A stretch of 64,000 bases of DNA from Anolis carolinensis (lineage: Eukaryota): NCBI RefSeq assembly GCF_035594765.1, contig NC_085841.1, positions 116,793,574-116,857,573 on the forward strand, written 5' to 3'. Positions 11,740 through 24,501 of this stretch are shown here, one piece after another (within the stretch, counting starts at the first letter, position 1; every line of letters begins with the position of its first letter). The notes under the pieces are model-generated. The model was not told where the DNA came from, made no database searches, and saw nothing but the letters and a program-made list of their open reading frames with translations. Both the position numbers and the translations under genes were made by a program.

Positions 11740-13440
11740 ATTTAAAAGGAGAGAGCGAGCGGGAGGGAGAAAGAGAAAGAGAACTAATTGAATTCCACAT
11801 AACACAATTTAGCATTGTTTGAGGAAGTACCTAAATCAACAGCACATTTTCAGACCGGCCAGGCCGCTGCCTAATTAGAACACCAAACGTGTGACTAATT
11901 GGCCACACTTCCACCAAAGGCTCGGTCGCAGATGAGCTGCTGCTTATTCATCTTAGCTAGGCTTGAGCCCAGTGGTTTGGCTGCAAGGTAACTGTGGCTT
12001 TTGCAGTGAGCTGTGCCAAACATAAAACCGGTGGGTGGTGGGTGGGATTGGGGGAAGAGATGACGTGGGGCAAGGGAAAACTCAGCTCTGGTCGGAGAAC
12101 AAATCCATGTAAGAATCCAAAGAGCCATCACAACTGTTACACTCTGGCAACACTCCGAGGATTACCAGGAGATTATCAGCACATAAATTATTCGATACTC
12201 GGTGCTCTGTAATTGGGATCCCGAAATAGCCTGCTGTTTATTAAGGCTAACCCCATTGTCTTTTTAAAAAAATCCAAACTCTAATTAAAAAGTAACCTGA
12301 TATGAAAGTTAGAAGGATCCCTTTTGACCAGCACTTGCCACAAGCAGCTCTGCTTTTTTACATGTAACAGGATGTTTCTTTTCTTTGCACGCCCACACCC
12401 ATCCTTTTCAAATAAAATAAAATAAAATCGGTATGGCATGCATACTGGAGGAAAGGAGAAACAGCATGCCACATGCTTCATCTCCGTCTGGAATGAGGAA
12501 GATGCTTTGGGAAATTTCATACATTTATTCATTCAGAAAGCCACAGACAGGCTATTGAACCTTTGGGGGATTTTGTTTTGAGGAATTATCAATGTGAAAT
12601 GAAAACTACTAACAGTGGGGTTGGAAGAGGTTGAAGGGTGGGGAGGTAACAGTACATGGCTTCATGAATACTTGCTAATAATCCCAATTTGTGTGGGATT
12701 GTCCATAGGCCAGAGCTGAGAAATTCTGGGCCTGGCCTATGTCCCAAGAATGTTGGCACCACTCAACTGATGCAATCTCCCATATGCTTCTGGTGACCAC
12801 CTTTGGGGCTTGTTTATAGCTGTTGCTCAGGCAAGAGACTAACAACCCAGACATCTGTTTCAAGCCAATAGTCACAAAGCTCTTGCTGCCTCATAATTGC
12901 TCTCCTGTGACTGCATTTGTTTCTCTGGGAAAAAAGGAGGCGAGGCTTTCTCTAAGAAGTAATAAAACAAAGATGGGAGTCGAGAGACATACACTGTGTT
13001 CCTGTGTCAACTACCACCACACTGATCTTGGGCAGCAGGACCAACTGAAGTTTAGGGAACAATGTGAAGCAACTCTGACCATTTTGTCTTAATGAGATCT
13101 GTTGCATAGCTTTAGAAGCACAAGATGTTTCTTTCATGGCCCCCACAATGCATATTTATCACTCATTGGCTTATCCAGCTGTCACTTTCCTTGCAAATTG
13201 CTAAATAGACAACCCAACACCAAATGTGCTGCTAACTAATTGGCCACATTTATACTAACAAGATACAGTCGGTAACTGCTGGGAAGTTGAATAATGGTCC
13301 AGTCTGCTGCCTCTCTTGATAAATAACTACTAAGGTTTTCTCCGTGACATGGTACAACATAGCATTCAATATGGTATAAAACAGCATACAGATTGGCTTC
13401 TATAGTAATTGTTTTAATTTCAGCATGTACACATGTAAAC
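11740..13440. promoter_or_regulatory. candidate enhancer/promoter block with no recognisable TE
   Basis: Several retained CpGs, multiple CTAATT homeodomain cores, a G4 motif at 12033-12054, TGACGT at 12061, an RFX-like gttacactctggcaac at 12136-12151, and a duplicated bipartite motif. Function is inferred only. Confidence 0.4.
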
Positions 13441-13644
13441 AATGGTCATAAGAAGAGGAGAACCTAGGGAAAAAAGCCTGAGAGTAACAATCAGTTACTT
13501 GGAAAGTCCTAGAAGGGGAATGATTTTGAAAGCCTTCTGACTATTAATCTGTCCTGTCCAATTGTCCTTTGATATCAAGAGGGAGATAAAAAGGAGACTT
13601 CTCATAATCTACTGTACGATGACATTCATAAGACATCTCTTTTT

Positions 13645-14165
13645 ATGAACCGGTGCAAACTCTGAGGTCCACCAGGGAGGCCTTCCCTTTGGTCCCACTG
13701 CCTCCACAAGTACGGTTGGTGGGGATGAGGGAGAGGGCCTTCTTGGTGGTGGCTCCCCAGCTCTGGAATGCCTTCCCAAGGGAAATTAGGCTGGCCTCCA
13801 CCCTCCCATGTTTTAGGTCCAACCTAAAACCTTGGGTCTTTAACCAAGTTTTCCAATAGATATAGAGCCCAAAAGGTTCAAATTGTAGACCCATTGGTTT
13901 TCTCACTGAAAGCACTTTATATGACTGGTTGGTTGTTATTCATTTTATGTCTATAATTACCATAACATTTTATTGATGTGCATTTTAGGGTTGATTGATT
14001 TTACTGGGGTATTGTTATGTATTGATGATGTGAATTATGTTTTCCTTTGATATTGATGTATCTGTATTTATTGCACCATATGTATTGTTACATTACAAGT
14101 GCTTTGTAAGCCGTCCTGAGTCCCTTTTGGGAGATGGTGGCAGGGTAGAAATAAAGTTGTTGTTG

Positions 14166-14207
<42 letters not shown>
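13645..14207 (+). mobile_element. L2-clade LINE 3' fragment with (TTG)n(TTA)n tail
   Basis: ORF 13653 reads RAFLVVAPQLWNAFPREIR..F..NLK.W.F. Tail gccgtcctgagtcccttttgggagatgg. Confidence 0.85.
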
Positions 14208-14208
<1 letters not shown>

Positions 14209-14294
14209 AGAGACAAACAATGAAGTCACAGCTGAGAATTGGACTGTAACACAGTCTACATGGAACTGACTTTAGAAACTGTTTGGAAACTATA

Positions 14295-14695
14295 GTGGGT
14301 ACAGAATGCTGACTGGGGTCAGTTTTAGGGATTATATAGTTCCCTTGTTGAAACATTTCACTGGCTACCGGTTCGAAAGAGAGAACCTTCTCAGTGGCTG
14401 CTCCCACTCTCTGGGACTCCATCCCATGGGGGGGGGGGCTAGACTGGCCCCTTACCCACTTTCCTTTTGCTGGAAGGCAATTTTTTTAATTTAAGATGGT
14501 TTATAATATGTAATCATTCTCAGGAGGCCATCGTATGGGAGTGCATGCTTTGTTTATTTATGTTTTTAGCTTTAACATTATTTTCAAATAATTTATGCAG
14601 TCTTAAACATTTTATAAATAAATTATTGTTACATTTTAACTCATTTTATCTATGAGCCAAGTTGAGTCCTATTCCAGGAGAAAGGTGGCAAAAAT
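14295..14695 (+). mobile_element. degenerate L2 3' fragment
   Basis: cactggctacc (HWLP-like), gagaaccttctcagtggctgctcccactctctgg, and the tail ttgagtcctattccaggagaaaggtgg. Confidence 0.55.
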
Positions 14696-15554
14696 ATTTT
14701 TGAAAACTATAGTGCAGGTATTGCTTCACAATCATGTGTCCTTTCTGGAGTAAGATAAACTGCAGTGCAGACATGCCCTAAGCCTTGAAACCAGCCCAGA
14801 CAACCAAACACACTGGCTCCTGTCTGAGCCCCATTAAAATAAATATGATTCACTCATGAATGAATGAGTAACATGGGAGGAAAAATGTTGATTCAATACA
14901 GACCTTAGCTGTCCAAGAAATAGTGCCTGGCAAACTCGTTCCTCTCATGCTAGTTGTTGAGGGCTGAAAATGACAAACACAGTTGATGGATTTATAGCAT
15001 TTTAATTTCAATTTCTGATTGTATGTAAAAGCAACATAATATGCTGTGGGATCCCTTATGGTTCTAATCTCTGCATTACTGCATCGTGACCTGCTGACCC
15101 TGTAATGGCTGCAGTACGTACAGCCTTGATGGAGAGCTTGGGCCAACGGGGCATTCAAAGGATGAGGACTGTGTCTTAATAACATGAACAGGTGCCTGCC
15201 CAACCATAACTGTAACATTCTGAAACACCGCCAGCCTGCAGCGGCTTAACCAAATGCCTCAATTTATCAAGGAACGTTATAAGGAAGTTCCAAGTCATAT
15301 AGAAAAACGGCCTGCACAATTCCCTTAAGTACTTTTACCCAAACTTCATATTTTCCATTTCCATAGCATTAAAAATTCCAATCTATATTCACTTTCTCAT
15401 TTTTAACCAAAGCAATTCCTGCTAAACAATAATGCTGGTTAAAGTGAAAGGCAGTAAAAAAAGGGGGAGACTGCCTTGTAGGTAGATTGGTTCAGTCAAG
15501 AAAGCCATGCCAGGAGTTTGCCAGACCAGTTGATGTCTGAGAATCTTGGTGGCT

Positions 15555-15609
15555 TCTCATTCATAGGGTTACCATAATGTAAAGTTAACTTGAGAGCAAA
15601 CAACAACAA
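15555..15609 (+). mobile_element. RTE LINE 3' tail
   Basis: tctcattcatagggttaccataa..ttgagagcaaacaacaacaa matches the 3' end of the RTE at about 60393-60450. Confidence 0.45.
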
Positions 15610-16138
15610 GTGTCTCCTATCCTAGAGTGTATTTCACTTTTCGTTTGAAGCAGCAGCTTGTAATTTAAGGGGAAATTGATCTGTTGTAGAATAAAATAGC
15701 AAGGGGAGGTCCATTCATGCATGTGGCTCTAGCTCTTGTTGCTACCTGTTCCCGTTATTTATGTTGCAAAAAAATATATCTTGAGATACAAATATGTCTT
15801 AAGAAAGAGCATCCTCAGGATGTAATAGAACACATGTTTTTTTTTATTGTTGTGAGGTTCCAAAGTTTATAAAGTCCTTGGAAATAGTAAATGGCTTGTG
15901 GAATCCACAAAGGACCAGAATGTTTTTCAGGTGAGAAAAAGCACCACAATTATGTTCAATGTCTGAAGTTACAAAGTGTCTGACATTGATGCATACTCTT
16001 TTCTGTACATTCAATGAAACTCAGCTAATGGAAGGCTGTGGCTTCAATACCTGGAATTCTAGTCCACACTTTAAAGGAGCTACCCTGGTTGCTCTCTTTG
16101 GATGCAAAAATAAACAGCATCCCCAGTTATCTGAACAC

Positions 16139-16400
16139 CTTTTTTTGTGTCAGGAGCGACTTGAGAAACTGCACGTTGCTTCTGGTGTGAGAGAATTGGC
16201 TGTCTGCAAGGACATTGCCCAGGGGACACCCAGATGTTTGATATTTTACCATCCTTGTGGGAGGCTTCTCTCATGTCCCCACATGGGAAGGTGGAGCTGA
16301 CAGAAGGAGCTCACCCACTCTCCCTGGATTCAAACCGCCAACTGTCAGTCGGCAGTCCTGCTGGAACAAGGGTTTAACCCATTGCACCACCAGAGTTCAG
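16139..16400 (-). mobile_element. Anolis SINE2-type SINE
   Basis: Reverse complement of the family at 10492. TSD tctgaacac (16130-16138 and 16401-16409). Confidence 0.9.
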
Positions 16401-16494
16401 TCTGAACACTGAAACATTGCAATCCTTGGATTTATCTCCAGGTTCAGATGCCAAATGTCTCTGAATGTTATTTGTCGAGAAACAACAGTGGGAG

Positions 16495-17315
16495 TGTTGT
16501 GATTTCAGCTACTGCAAGAACCATGAGTTTGTGGGCTTGATTTGTCTAGCTTCCCAGAAGGAGGAATGAAACACAAACAGGTGGAAAGCAAAATCAGAGG
16601 TTTATTCTCACTGGCCAAAAAGGATGTCAGCAGAAAAGGCACTCCAAAGAACAAACATACCACAAATGCAAATACAGAGCACACTGATCATATTTCGACT
16701 GCTATTCAAGACTTCTGTGCTAGCACCTGATTGGTTCAGGAACTGTCCAGCTAGGATTTGCTCCCTAGTTGGTTGGGGATTGCCTGTGATGTCATCCCTG
16801 GTTGCTCTTCGGTGTGGGGGAAAACTTTAATAAATTGTCAATAATCCGTATTTTGAAGAGTCCATTCATTTATTGATCAGAGAGGAATGTTGTGTAGCAA
16901 TCAATAATGGGGTTAATGTCCTAGCTCTGCTAGGGACAGTGGGTTTCGTCCAGATAAATAATGGGTGCCTTAAGATGATAGCCATCTCAATGGGTGTTGC
17001 AAGGATGGATCTGGATCATAGGAAAGAAATCTTTCACCCTGATAACCCAGATTGTATCAGGTGAAACAAGAAAAGGACCAAGTAGGCTACCAGGGAAATC
17101 CATTGCGGGACCAAGTCTTCCAATTCATTGTTAAAAAGATTATGATAATTTCGGGAATCATTTCCTGGAGACCATGGTGTGGTGAAGCAACATTCTGAAG
17201 AAATTTATGTGGGGTTATCACAGAGTGAAATGGAAAAGGCAAAATGGGCACGCTGTGTGTCTCCATGAAGCTGCACCTCATAATTCATATTTTGGAATCT
17301 GATTTTTTAATAACA
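16495..17315 (-). mobile_element. solo LTR (ERV1- or Gypsy-like)
   Basis: Termini tgttg...taaca (TG..CA) with a 4-bp TSD ggag (16491-16494 and 17316-17319). On the minus strand CCAAT (16730-16734), a TATA-like ttgaatag (16702-16709) and AATAAA (16601-16606) fall in U3-R-U5 order. Confidence 0.65.
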
Positions 17316-18135
17316 GGAGGAGACCACTGCCATCCCCTCTTCTTTATGATATTACTAGCTGTACCTGGCCACTGGAGGGGGGAAATGATCATAAAGAGAT
17401 TTTCTCTTCATCTGGTTCTTTCTGTGTCCTTATGACTCTGTTTATTTAGTGAAGATGTGTAATAGGGAAATAATTATTCCTAATTATAGGTTCCTCCATG
17501 CTTTATAGGCAACAGCAGATGTTCAGCAAAATCTAAATTGCACAGGAGCCGATTTATTAACAAGCCTTGCCTTTTAGTTGTTCTAGTCTTCATTATTCAT
17601 ATTCATTGCTACCCACACTTAACCTCTTGACTCTCATTCCTTCTTCTGAATGATGTTCACAGAGAGGCTTTGTTCTTTCTGACATGCCTTATCATTTTTA
17701 TCAGCCATTAGAAGATCCCAAGCACACTGTATCTATAATCTGCTTACATTCTTTGTTATTTTGTTGTAATTCTTTTCTTTCAACTCTCCCTCTCTGTCTT
17801 TCTCTTAAAGTTATTTTCCCCTTGTTTCATCTCCTCTTTTCCTCATATGAGCCAAGGCTCTTTGACTGTCACACTGCAAACTATGATTCCTGATGCTGAT
17901 TATGGAATAAATGTAGTCAGGAAGAAATCTTGAGGAAATGGTGGCATGGGACATGATCCCATCTATGCAATTGTGGTATATTTGAACACTTTACACTTTT
18001 ATTTACTGGAAACTTTTTTTTAAAAATGTATTTAATGTAGTCATTAGTCCTCAAAGTTGAATTTTATATTTACTGTAAAACCATTTACCCAAACCCATGA
18101 TAAAGTAGTTTCAGTGACTCCACTAACACAAGTGA

Positions 18136-18256
18136 GGGCCCTTCCACACAGCGTTATATCCCAGAATATCTGCTTTAAACTTGGTTATCAGAGTCTCAGA
18201 TAATGTGGGATTTTCTGCCTTGATATTCTGGGATATAGGGCTGTGTGGAAGGGCCC
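18136..18256. mobile_element. PIF/Harbinger-type MITE
   Basis: TIRs gggcccttccacacagc / gctgtgtggaagggccc, with a 3-bp TSD tga. Confidence 0.85.
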
Positions 18257-18629
18257 TGAGACTTAGCATGGTGACATGTATGCTGTCCATCACACATTCC
18301 TCAGCCTTTGTGATTCTTGATGCATCAGATCCATTGCCACTGCTAGTTTTGTACCCAATTGCCTGAAGGCCACAAGGAATACACTCTTTCCAAAGTGTTA
18401 ATTGGCAAAGGCTGTAAGCATTTCTAGTAACCTAGAGCATGTCTGGCCAGATTCCTTTCAGAAACTCCCTTAGCAGATACTAACTAGTCTCCTGTTTGTT
18501 CAATCAGTGGCATACAAAGTCAAACATGGCTTGGCTACTATATGCTGTAGTCACTGTGGTGTTCAGTCATCCCTCCTCATTTTGTAGGTTTTGTCAGTAA
18601 TAAACAAGGATGCTTAAGATATTTCTGGT

Positions 18630-18843
18630 GTGTATATGCATACGTCTTTTAACCATTGGCTTATGACAACTCCATGTATTTCAAAGAATTTTCTTAGGCA
18701 AGGAATATTGAGTGTTTTTTTCCAGTTCTTTCCTTTGAAATAAACTTTACAGCACCTGATATTCATTGGCCATTTTCAACTCAACTTCTAACCAGGGCTT
18801 ACTCTGCTTGGCTTCCTGGATCAGATGAAATCTGGTGCCTTTA
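18630..18843 (-). mobile_element. 5S-Sauria-like SINE
   Basis: Antisense 5S head (tacagcacctgatattc..ctaaccagggc..cttcctggatcagatg) plus an RTE-type tail, as in the copy at 325-535. Confidence 0.7.
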
Positions 18844-18976
18844 GAGAGTTTCTCAAACTGATCCTCCATGTGTTTTGGACTTCAGCTCCCACAATTCCTA
18901 ATAGCTGCTAAACTGGCTGGGATTTCTGGGAGCCAAAGTCCAAAACACCTAAAGGAGCACAGTTTGAGAAACACTG
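18844..18976. mobile_element. palindromic hAT-like MITE
   Basis: TIRs gtttctcaaactg / cagtttgagaaac, with internal inverted arms ttttggactt..ctccc / gggag..aagtccaaaa. Confidence 0.75.
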
Positions 18977-18989
18977 CTTTAGTGTGTTA

Positions 18990-19063
18990 AATCCCAGCCA
19001 GTTTACCAGCTGTTCGGATTGCTGGGCGTTGAAGGCCAAAACATCTGGGGTTGAGAGCTACTG
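18990..19063. mobile_element. half copy of palindromic hAT MITE (family B)
   Basis: Matches the right half of the copy at 40939-41073. Confidence 0.65.
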
Positions 19064-19609
19064 GTTTGTATGAAATGACATCACTGACATGTTTATGTGA
19101 AAGAAGGTTCTATTTTCTTATAGAGGGAAAATTTAGAGGAAGGTTCTCAATTCTATCAGTAAGAGGAAGCAATATGGGTCTACTCAAATGTTTATAAATT
19201 TGTGAACTAGATAATGCCAGTTGATGCTTGGGCCCATGAACGGTCCCCTTATTCTTCAGTGAACAAGCAGTCATTTTGTGATGTGGTATTTTGCAGTGTG
19301 ATAATAACACCAGGAGGCACATTAATTTCCAGTACATCTTCTTCAAGAAAACAATATGCTAACTATAACACAAAATATGAACATTAGTAGCAAAACTTAT
19401 ATACAACTGGTTCAGAAAGTTCTGTATTGAGCCAACAATTCTCAGTGACAAATTCAACATATTTTAAATCTATAAACAGGTTTTATTAGAATGTTGTGAG
19501 TAAATATAGGAAACAGTAAAAATTAACATTCATTCCTAAAGTTCTAATTTACAGTCCATCCTGAACCTTAAAACCTGAACCTTAAAGAAGCTATTCAAAG
19601 AGCCAAACT

Positions 19610-19896
19610 GGAGCCCCCGGTGGCACAGTGGGTTAAACCCTTGTGCCGCCAGGACTGATGACTTTAAGGCTGGGTTGCTGACCTGAAGGTTGCCCGTTCA
19701 AATCCAATCCGAGGAGAGCATGGATGAGCTCCCTCTATCAGCTCCAGCTCCATGTGGGGACATGAGAGAAGCCTCCCACAAGGATGATAAAAACATAAAA
19801 ACATCAGAGTGTCCCCTGGACAACGTCCTTGCAGATGACCAATTCTCTCACACCAGAAGCAACTTACAGTTTCTCAAGTTGTTCCTGACACACAAA
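19610..19896 (+). mobile_element. Anolis SINE2-type SINE
   Basis: Full length, with a 12-bp TSD aaagagccaaac (19597-19608 and 19897-19908). Confidence 0.9.
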
Positions 19897-21798
19897 AAAG
19901 AGCCAAACCTTATCCCCAAACTAGGTTTAGTTCATGGGATGATATTCTTAAAGTGTGGACTAAAACTAAGAGTAGATTCCATTACCCATTTTCATGGAAT
20001 TACCCATTGCTACTGTCTTTATCAGTACATACACTTCTGAAGGGAAAAATAGAGATTATCCTCTAGGTTGGTAAGAAATGGCAGCCTCATTTTAACTTCT
20101 GTTTTCTCTCCTTGTACTATGTTGACCCACATATTTGTGTCATATAATCCTCACATGGTACATTTTCCTACCCCCAGACAGTACCATTGGACAATGCTGG
20201 GATGGAATCAATGGTTTAACATGGGCAAGGGTGCCTCAGCTTTTCAGTGGGGAATTTGACATGGGACTGCTCCAATCAGTAATCACCCCATGTAAAAAAA
20301 ATTAGGCACCACTTCAAACTACCTACGAGTTCCCAATTTGTTTTTGTACGAAAATTAGGAATATACAGAACCCAGTGGCATTACATTTCACTTTTCATTT
20401 GGTAGAAAAGTGAGATCATTATCAGTGTTGACACAATTGAGTGGAAGTGTGACTTTCACACCAAAAGCAACCTTTGGCACATAGGAACTTAGGAAATGAC
20501 AGTTGGGATACAGGCAGATAGCTTTCCCCAAACCTGTTCAAACTCAGCAGTATTTGTTTAAGATACAGAGTATATCATTATGTTTTTCTACCATTCATCA
20601 GCCGGGGTGAGATTGTCTCAAGGAAATTATATATCTTGGTGAAAAAAAGGGTACTCAAAAAAATTAGAGAGCACTTCAGTGTCTAGTGATCTTGGCTTCA
20701 GGCTCCAGTCACTATTTTGTGTGAATCATAAATATGAAGCTGTCATGAACCTCCCATCATATTGTTCCAACAAGATTTGTTAGGGTATCATTACCATGTC
20801 ATGCCAAGTTCACACACTGTGCAGGGATGTCCACCATGAGAAGACAGAACAGAGTTGCAACAAGAATAGATATTTAAGTATTTCAGGTTGACTTTGCCAT
20901 ACTAAAACATTAGCAGATCAGGTACTGTCTGTTTTATGGAAAAGATGTATAAACAAGAAGGGGCAGTTGTCTTTGGGGTAGAAAGGGATACAATTATAAG
21001 AAGATATAGTTACTACACTAGTATATTGAGGGGCTGGAGATGCTGTGAAACTTTATATTTTCTATATGTCACAGGGATAACCATGGAGCAGAGCCCCTAT
21101 TTTCTCATATTCTTTGTGTTTTCCTCATGCAGGGAGGTTTGTTGATTCTTGGAAGCATTCCACGCTTTCTAGAACTCCAGAACATAATTTACTCAAGTAG
21201 ACCCCACACACATTTAAAATAAATGCATAGGGCTAATACAATCTGACTCCTGCATTTTCGTGATCTGCTTTCTATGTTGTTATTCCTTTTAATAAGTGCT
21301 CATGCTTATGTAGCCAAAACCACACCATGCATATGAAGAAGAGAAATATCAGTCCAATGAGGACTGAGCCTGGTTCAAGATTTGATGTGTCCACTGCCTG
21401 TTGTGAAGTGGGATGCAGTTATAGGGGGACTGAAATTTCACACTGCAACATTTTATTAAAGGCCCTGTGTGTAATATTTTATTACATTTACAAAAGTGTC
21501 TTTTCAAAATATAGGGATACCAATCTTTGAAATGATAGGTGTTTCAACAATATGTGATGTGTATATGGAGACAGTATGAATTGAGAGACTGAGCATACAG
21601 TTTTCAGACTGAACTCCTGAACTGAACTGCTGATCTAGCTTCCTATAAAAGAGACAAGAGGTGCCATCATCATATGAGCGAGTTTTCTTGTTGGAAAATG
21701 ACCAAAAGTACAGTTCTACATCCCTCGGCTGCTGCAGATAAGAAATACTGAAGTAGCAATAATAAATTAATGGCCATGCAAGATGAAACCCCAGTTGC

Positions 21799-21930
21799 NN
21801 NNNNNNNNNNNNNNNNNNNNNNNNNNNNNNNNNNNNNNNNNNNNNNNNNNNNNNNNNNNNNNNNNNNNNNNNNNNNNNNNNNNNNNNNNNNNNNNNNNNN
21901 NNNNNNNNNNNNNNNNNNNNNNNNNNNNNN
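21799..21930. other. assembly gap (N run)
   Basis: Run of N. Confidence 0.99.
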
Positions 21931-22459
21931 TTATAGCTCCTCATTTGCTGATATATTAGTCCAAACCCCCTTTAATTTATTTTTTAAATCACTGGTGGGT
22001 ACATTTAATAGAGACCCCATTGTTGTTCCTAGAGAGCCTTAATTAAAACTAATTGAATATGATGGGTTTTAAAACAAATCAAGTTACAGATTTGTTTGCT
22101 AAACTGTAATAGGGGATGACAAGGTTTGCAGAGCAGAATATTTGAAACAGTTCAACCCTTCAGCATCCTCCATTCTTACTTTAGATCGTGTTATTACACT
22201 CCTGGTGGCAATATGCTTTGGTTAGGAGTGGCTTCAAACTGAGAATAAATGTAAATGTTATTCTGCTGCCACATATTTCTGTACAGTATTGGTTTTACAT
22301 ATAATGGTTTGCTTCAATTGGCATTTCTGTAGCATAATCCTAAACCAAAAGGTAGAATGTTAATGAGGGAGAGAAAGCAGGCTTACATTTAAAGTAGGAA
22401 ATGTAGTCTTAAAATTTTTAAGACCATTTGAAAATCTGCAATGAAACTGATAATTGTAT

Positions 22460-23035
22460 CAATCTAAATGGGATTCTGCAACCATGGGGCTACCAAGAAG
22501 AAGGCTCTGTGTTTGGAAACACATTGGTAACCAAAGTAAATGCTGTAGTTTTGAGTTTCTAGTCTGTAACAACTTTTGAATGGCTACACTTTTTATAAAT
22601 TGAAGTTTCTGAATCATTTTCAAAAACAACCTTCTGTGAAGCACATGGCACCACTCTATATAGAAGGTAATTGTTCATGGGTAACCAAAGCAAATTCTAA
22701 TCACTGCAGATATGATCTCAACTAGTAAGAGACACTTGCTACTGATGTCATGTGTGCCTCCAGTAGCAGTAAGTCCAGGTGCACCTTCAAGATTCTCCCC
22801 TTGACAGGAGTGCTATCCATCCAGTAATGTGTAAGATTTCTGTCCATTATAGCCAGCTTCTGAGTGCACAGTCCCTCCATCTGGCCTGCGTACAGCTCAG
22901 TTTGCTCATTTTCAGCCATTCCAATACTGCTTCTAGACATCTATTCAAAAGATTCAGAGCTACCCTAGAATTTGATGAAAGGAAAAGATAATGTGGTGTG
23001 TCATCCGCATACAGGTGGTATCTAGACATTTGGTG
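22460..23035 (-). mobile_element. old L2-clade LINE RT fragment
   Basis: ORF 22847-23029 reads YHLYADDT.HYL..LNRCLEAVLEWL (RT YADD motif). Downstream it reads KLQ.I..LQHLLWLP. Confidence 0.75.
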
Positions 23036-23347
23036 TTTTATACATGGAAAATAAACAGAATGAAAAATAAGATGGAACTTTTAATAATTCCATAAACCAT
23101 GGGGCAGAACAGCACTAGCATCCAAGAAGAATAGAAATTACTGCAACATTTTGTGTTTCAACTATGTGATCCCTTGAGTTCTTACACTGAAGAAATTTCT
23201 TAATCTAAAGCAGTTGTACTGGTTGTCTTATACAGATGATGGCAGTGATGACAGACAGTAAGATTTCTTTACCACCCTCAAATGTCACATAATATGACTA
23301 AATATGGGCTCTTACCCATGTATATTTATGCCCCCTGCCTTCTACCA

Positions 23348-23772
23348 CCGTGTTTCCCTGAAAATAAGACAGTGTCTTATATTATTTTTTGCTCCCAAGT
23401 ATGTACTAGGTCTTATTTTCAGGGGATGTCTTATTTTTCCATGAAGAAGAATTCACATTTATTGTTGAACAAAAAAATGAACATTTATTGTATACTGTAT
23501 AGTAGTTGTCATCACAAACCAACATAACCAAACCAGACAAACTGTGACTCCTGTCAATAATTTCTTGTTATGTCCATTATTTCCATATACAACTGGTATG
23601 TACATTTACCAATCCTGCATGCTCAAGTGTTTTGTTTGGCGAGTGCCGGGCCTGCTTCCAAACAAAAACTTTGCTAGGTCTTACTTTTGGGGGAGGCCTT
23701 ATATTTAGCAATTCAGCAAAACCTCTACTAGGTCTTATTTTTTGGGGATGTCTTATTTTTGGGGAAACAGGG
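23348..23772. mobile_element. non-autonomous Tc1/mariner (pogo-like) element
   Basis: TIRs ccgtgtttccctgaaaataagaca / tgtcttatttttggggaaacaggg, with internal ctaggtcttat repeats. Confidence 0.8.
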
Positions 23773-24324
23773 CATTTGCAGTGTTACTCTTGGACCAATT
23801 GTTTTGGTGCCCTACTGAGTTCTTCATAATTCTGAGAACCACTCTTCTATTTCCCAGCTTATCTCATTTTTGCTTTGTACAGTACATGACCAATGAATGC
23901 TTCCATGTGCAGCATGAATCTTGATCTTAATCAGCTGATAGAAAACAGCATGTCCTAACCTATTTGAGGGAAAATACACAGCTGTTTGTTCAAAGAGTGA
24001 GATTTTAGCATATTGTGAAGAGGATATGTTCAGAAATAGCACAAAGTAATCCAATTCCATACAAATTCTCTAATGGACCTTGGAAACAGCAAACAATAAA
24101 TGTCAAACCACTGACATCAATATTTGACTCCGATGCTGTACCATTGATTGTTTATTCAGGACTCAGGCTTCCCATATAGTCTCCTAACTGAAAACTATAA
24201 AGTTAACATTTGAAACAAGATGCACAGGATAACATTGCAAATCAATATAATCTGTTATTGGAATGTAAGGTTTGCAAAATGTAAGAGATGTCAGAAAAGT
24301 CTAGCATGCAAAACTATTGGGTTG

Positions 24325-24501
24325 AGTTTATGCTTTTATGATTTTATATGTTTTTATGTATTAATTCATTGTAATTGAATGTATCTTATGTTGTTGTATT
24401 TTATTGTTGCATTATTATGTTTGGTCCTCATGTAAGCCACCCCAAGTACCTTTGGGGAGATGGGATGGGATATAAGATAAGTTGTTGTTGTTGTTGTTGT
24501 T
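24325..24501 (+). mobile_element. L2-type 3'UTR and tail with (TTG)n
   Basis: gtaagccaccccaagtacctttggggagatgggatgggatataag followed by (gtt)n. Confidence 0.65.

Noticed and set aside
14037-14422. Poly-L, poly-N and RE-repeat ORFs (also 25486-25814 and 28598-28843)
   Set aside because: These are translations of microsatellites.
17331-17346. Polypurine tract plus TG suggesting a proviral 3' LTR starting at 17332
   Set aside because: The 17315 boundary has a matching TSD, and no internal retroviral sequence is visible beyond it.
21504-21944. Long ORFs spanning N runs (also 21770-22042 and 43137-43403), and possible minus-strand acceptors near 21642 and 21733
   Set aside because: ORF length is inflated by the gaps. 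The peptide is unrecognised and the donor is weak.
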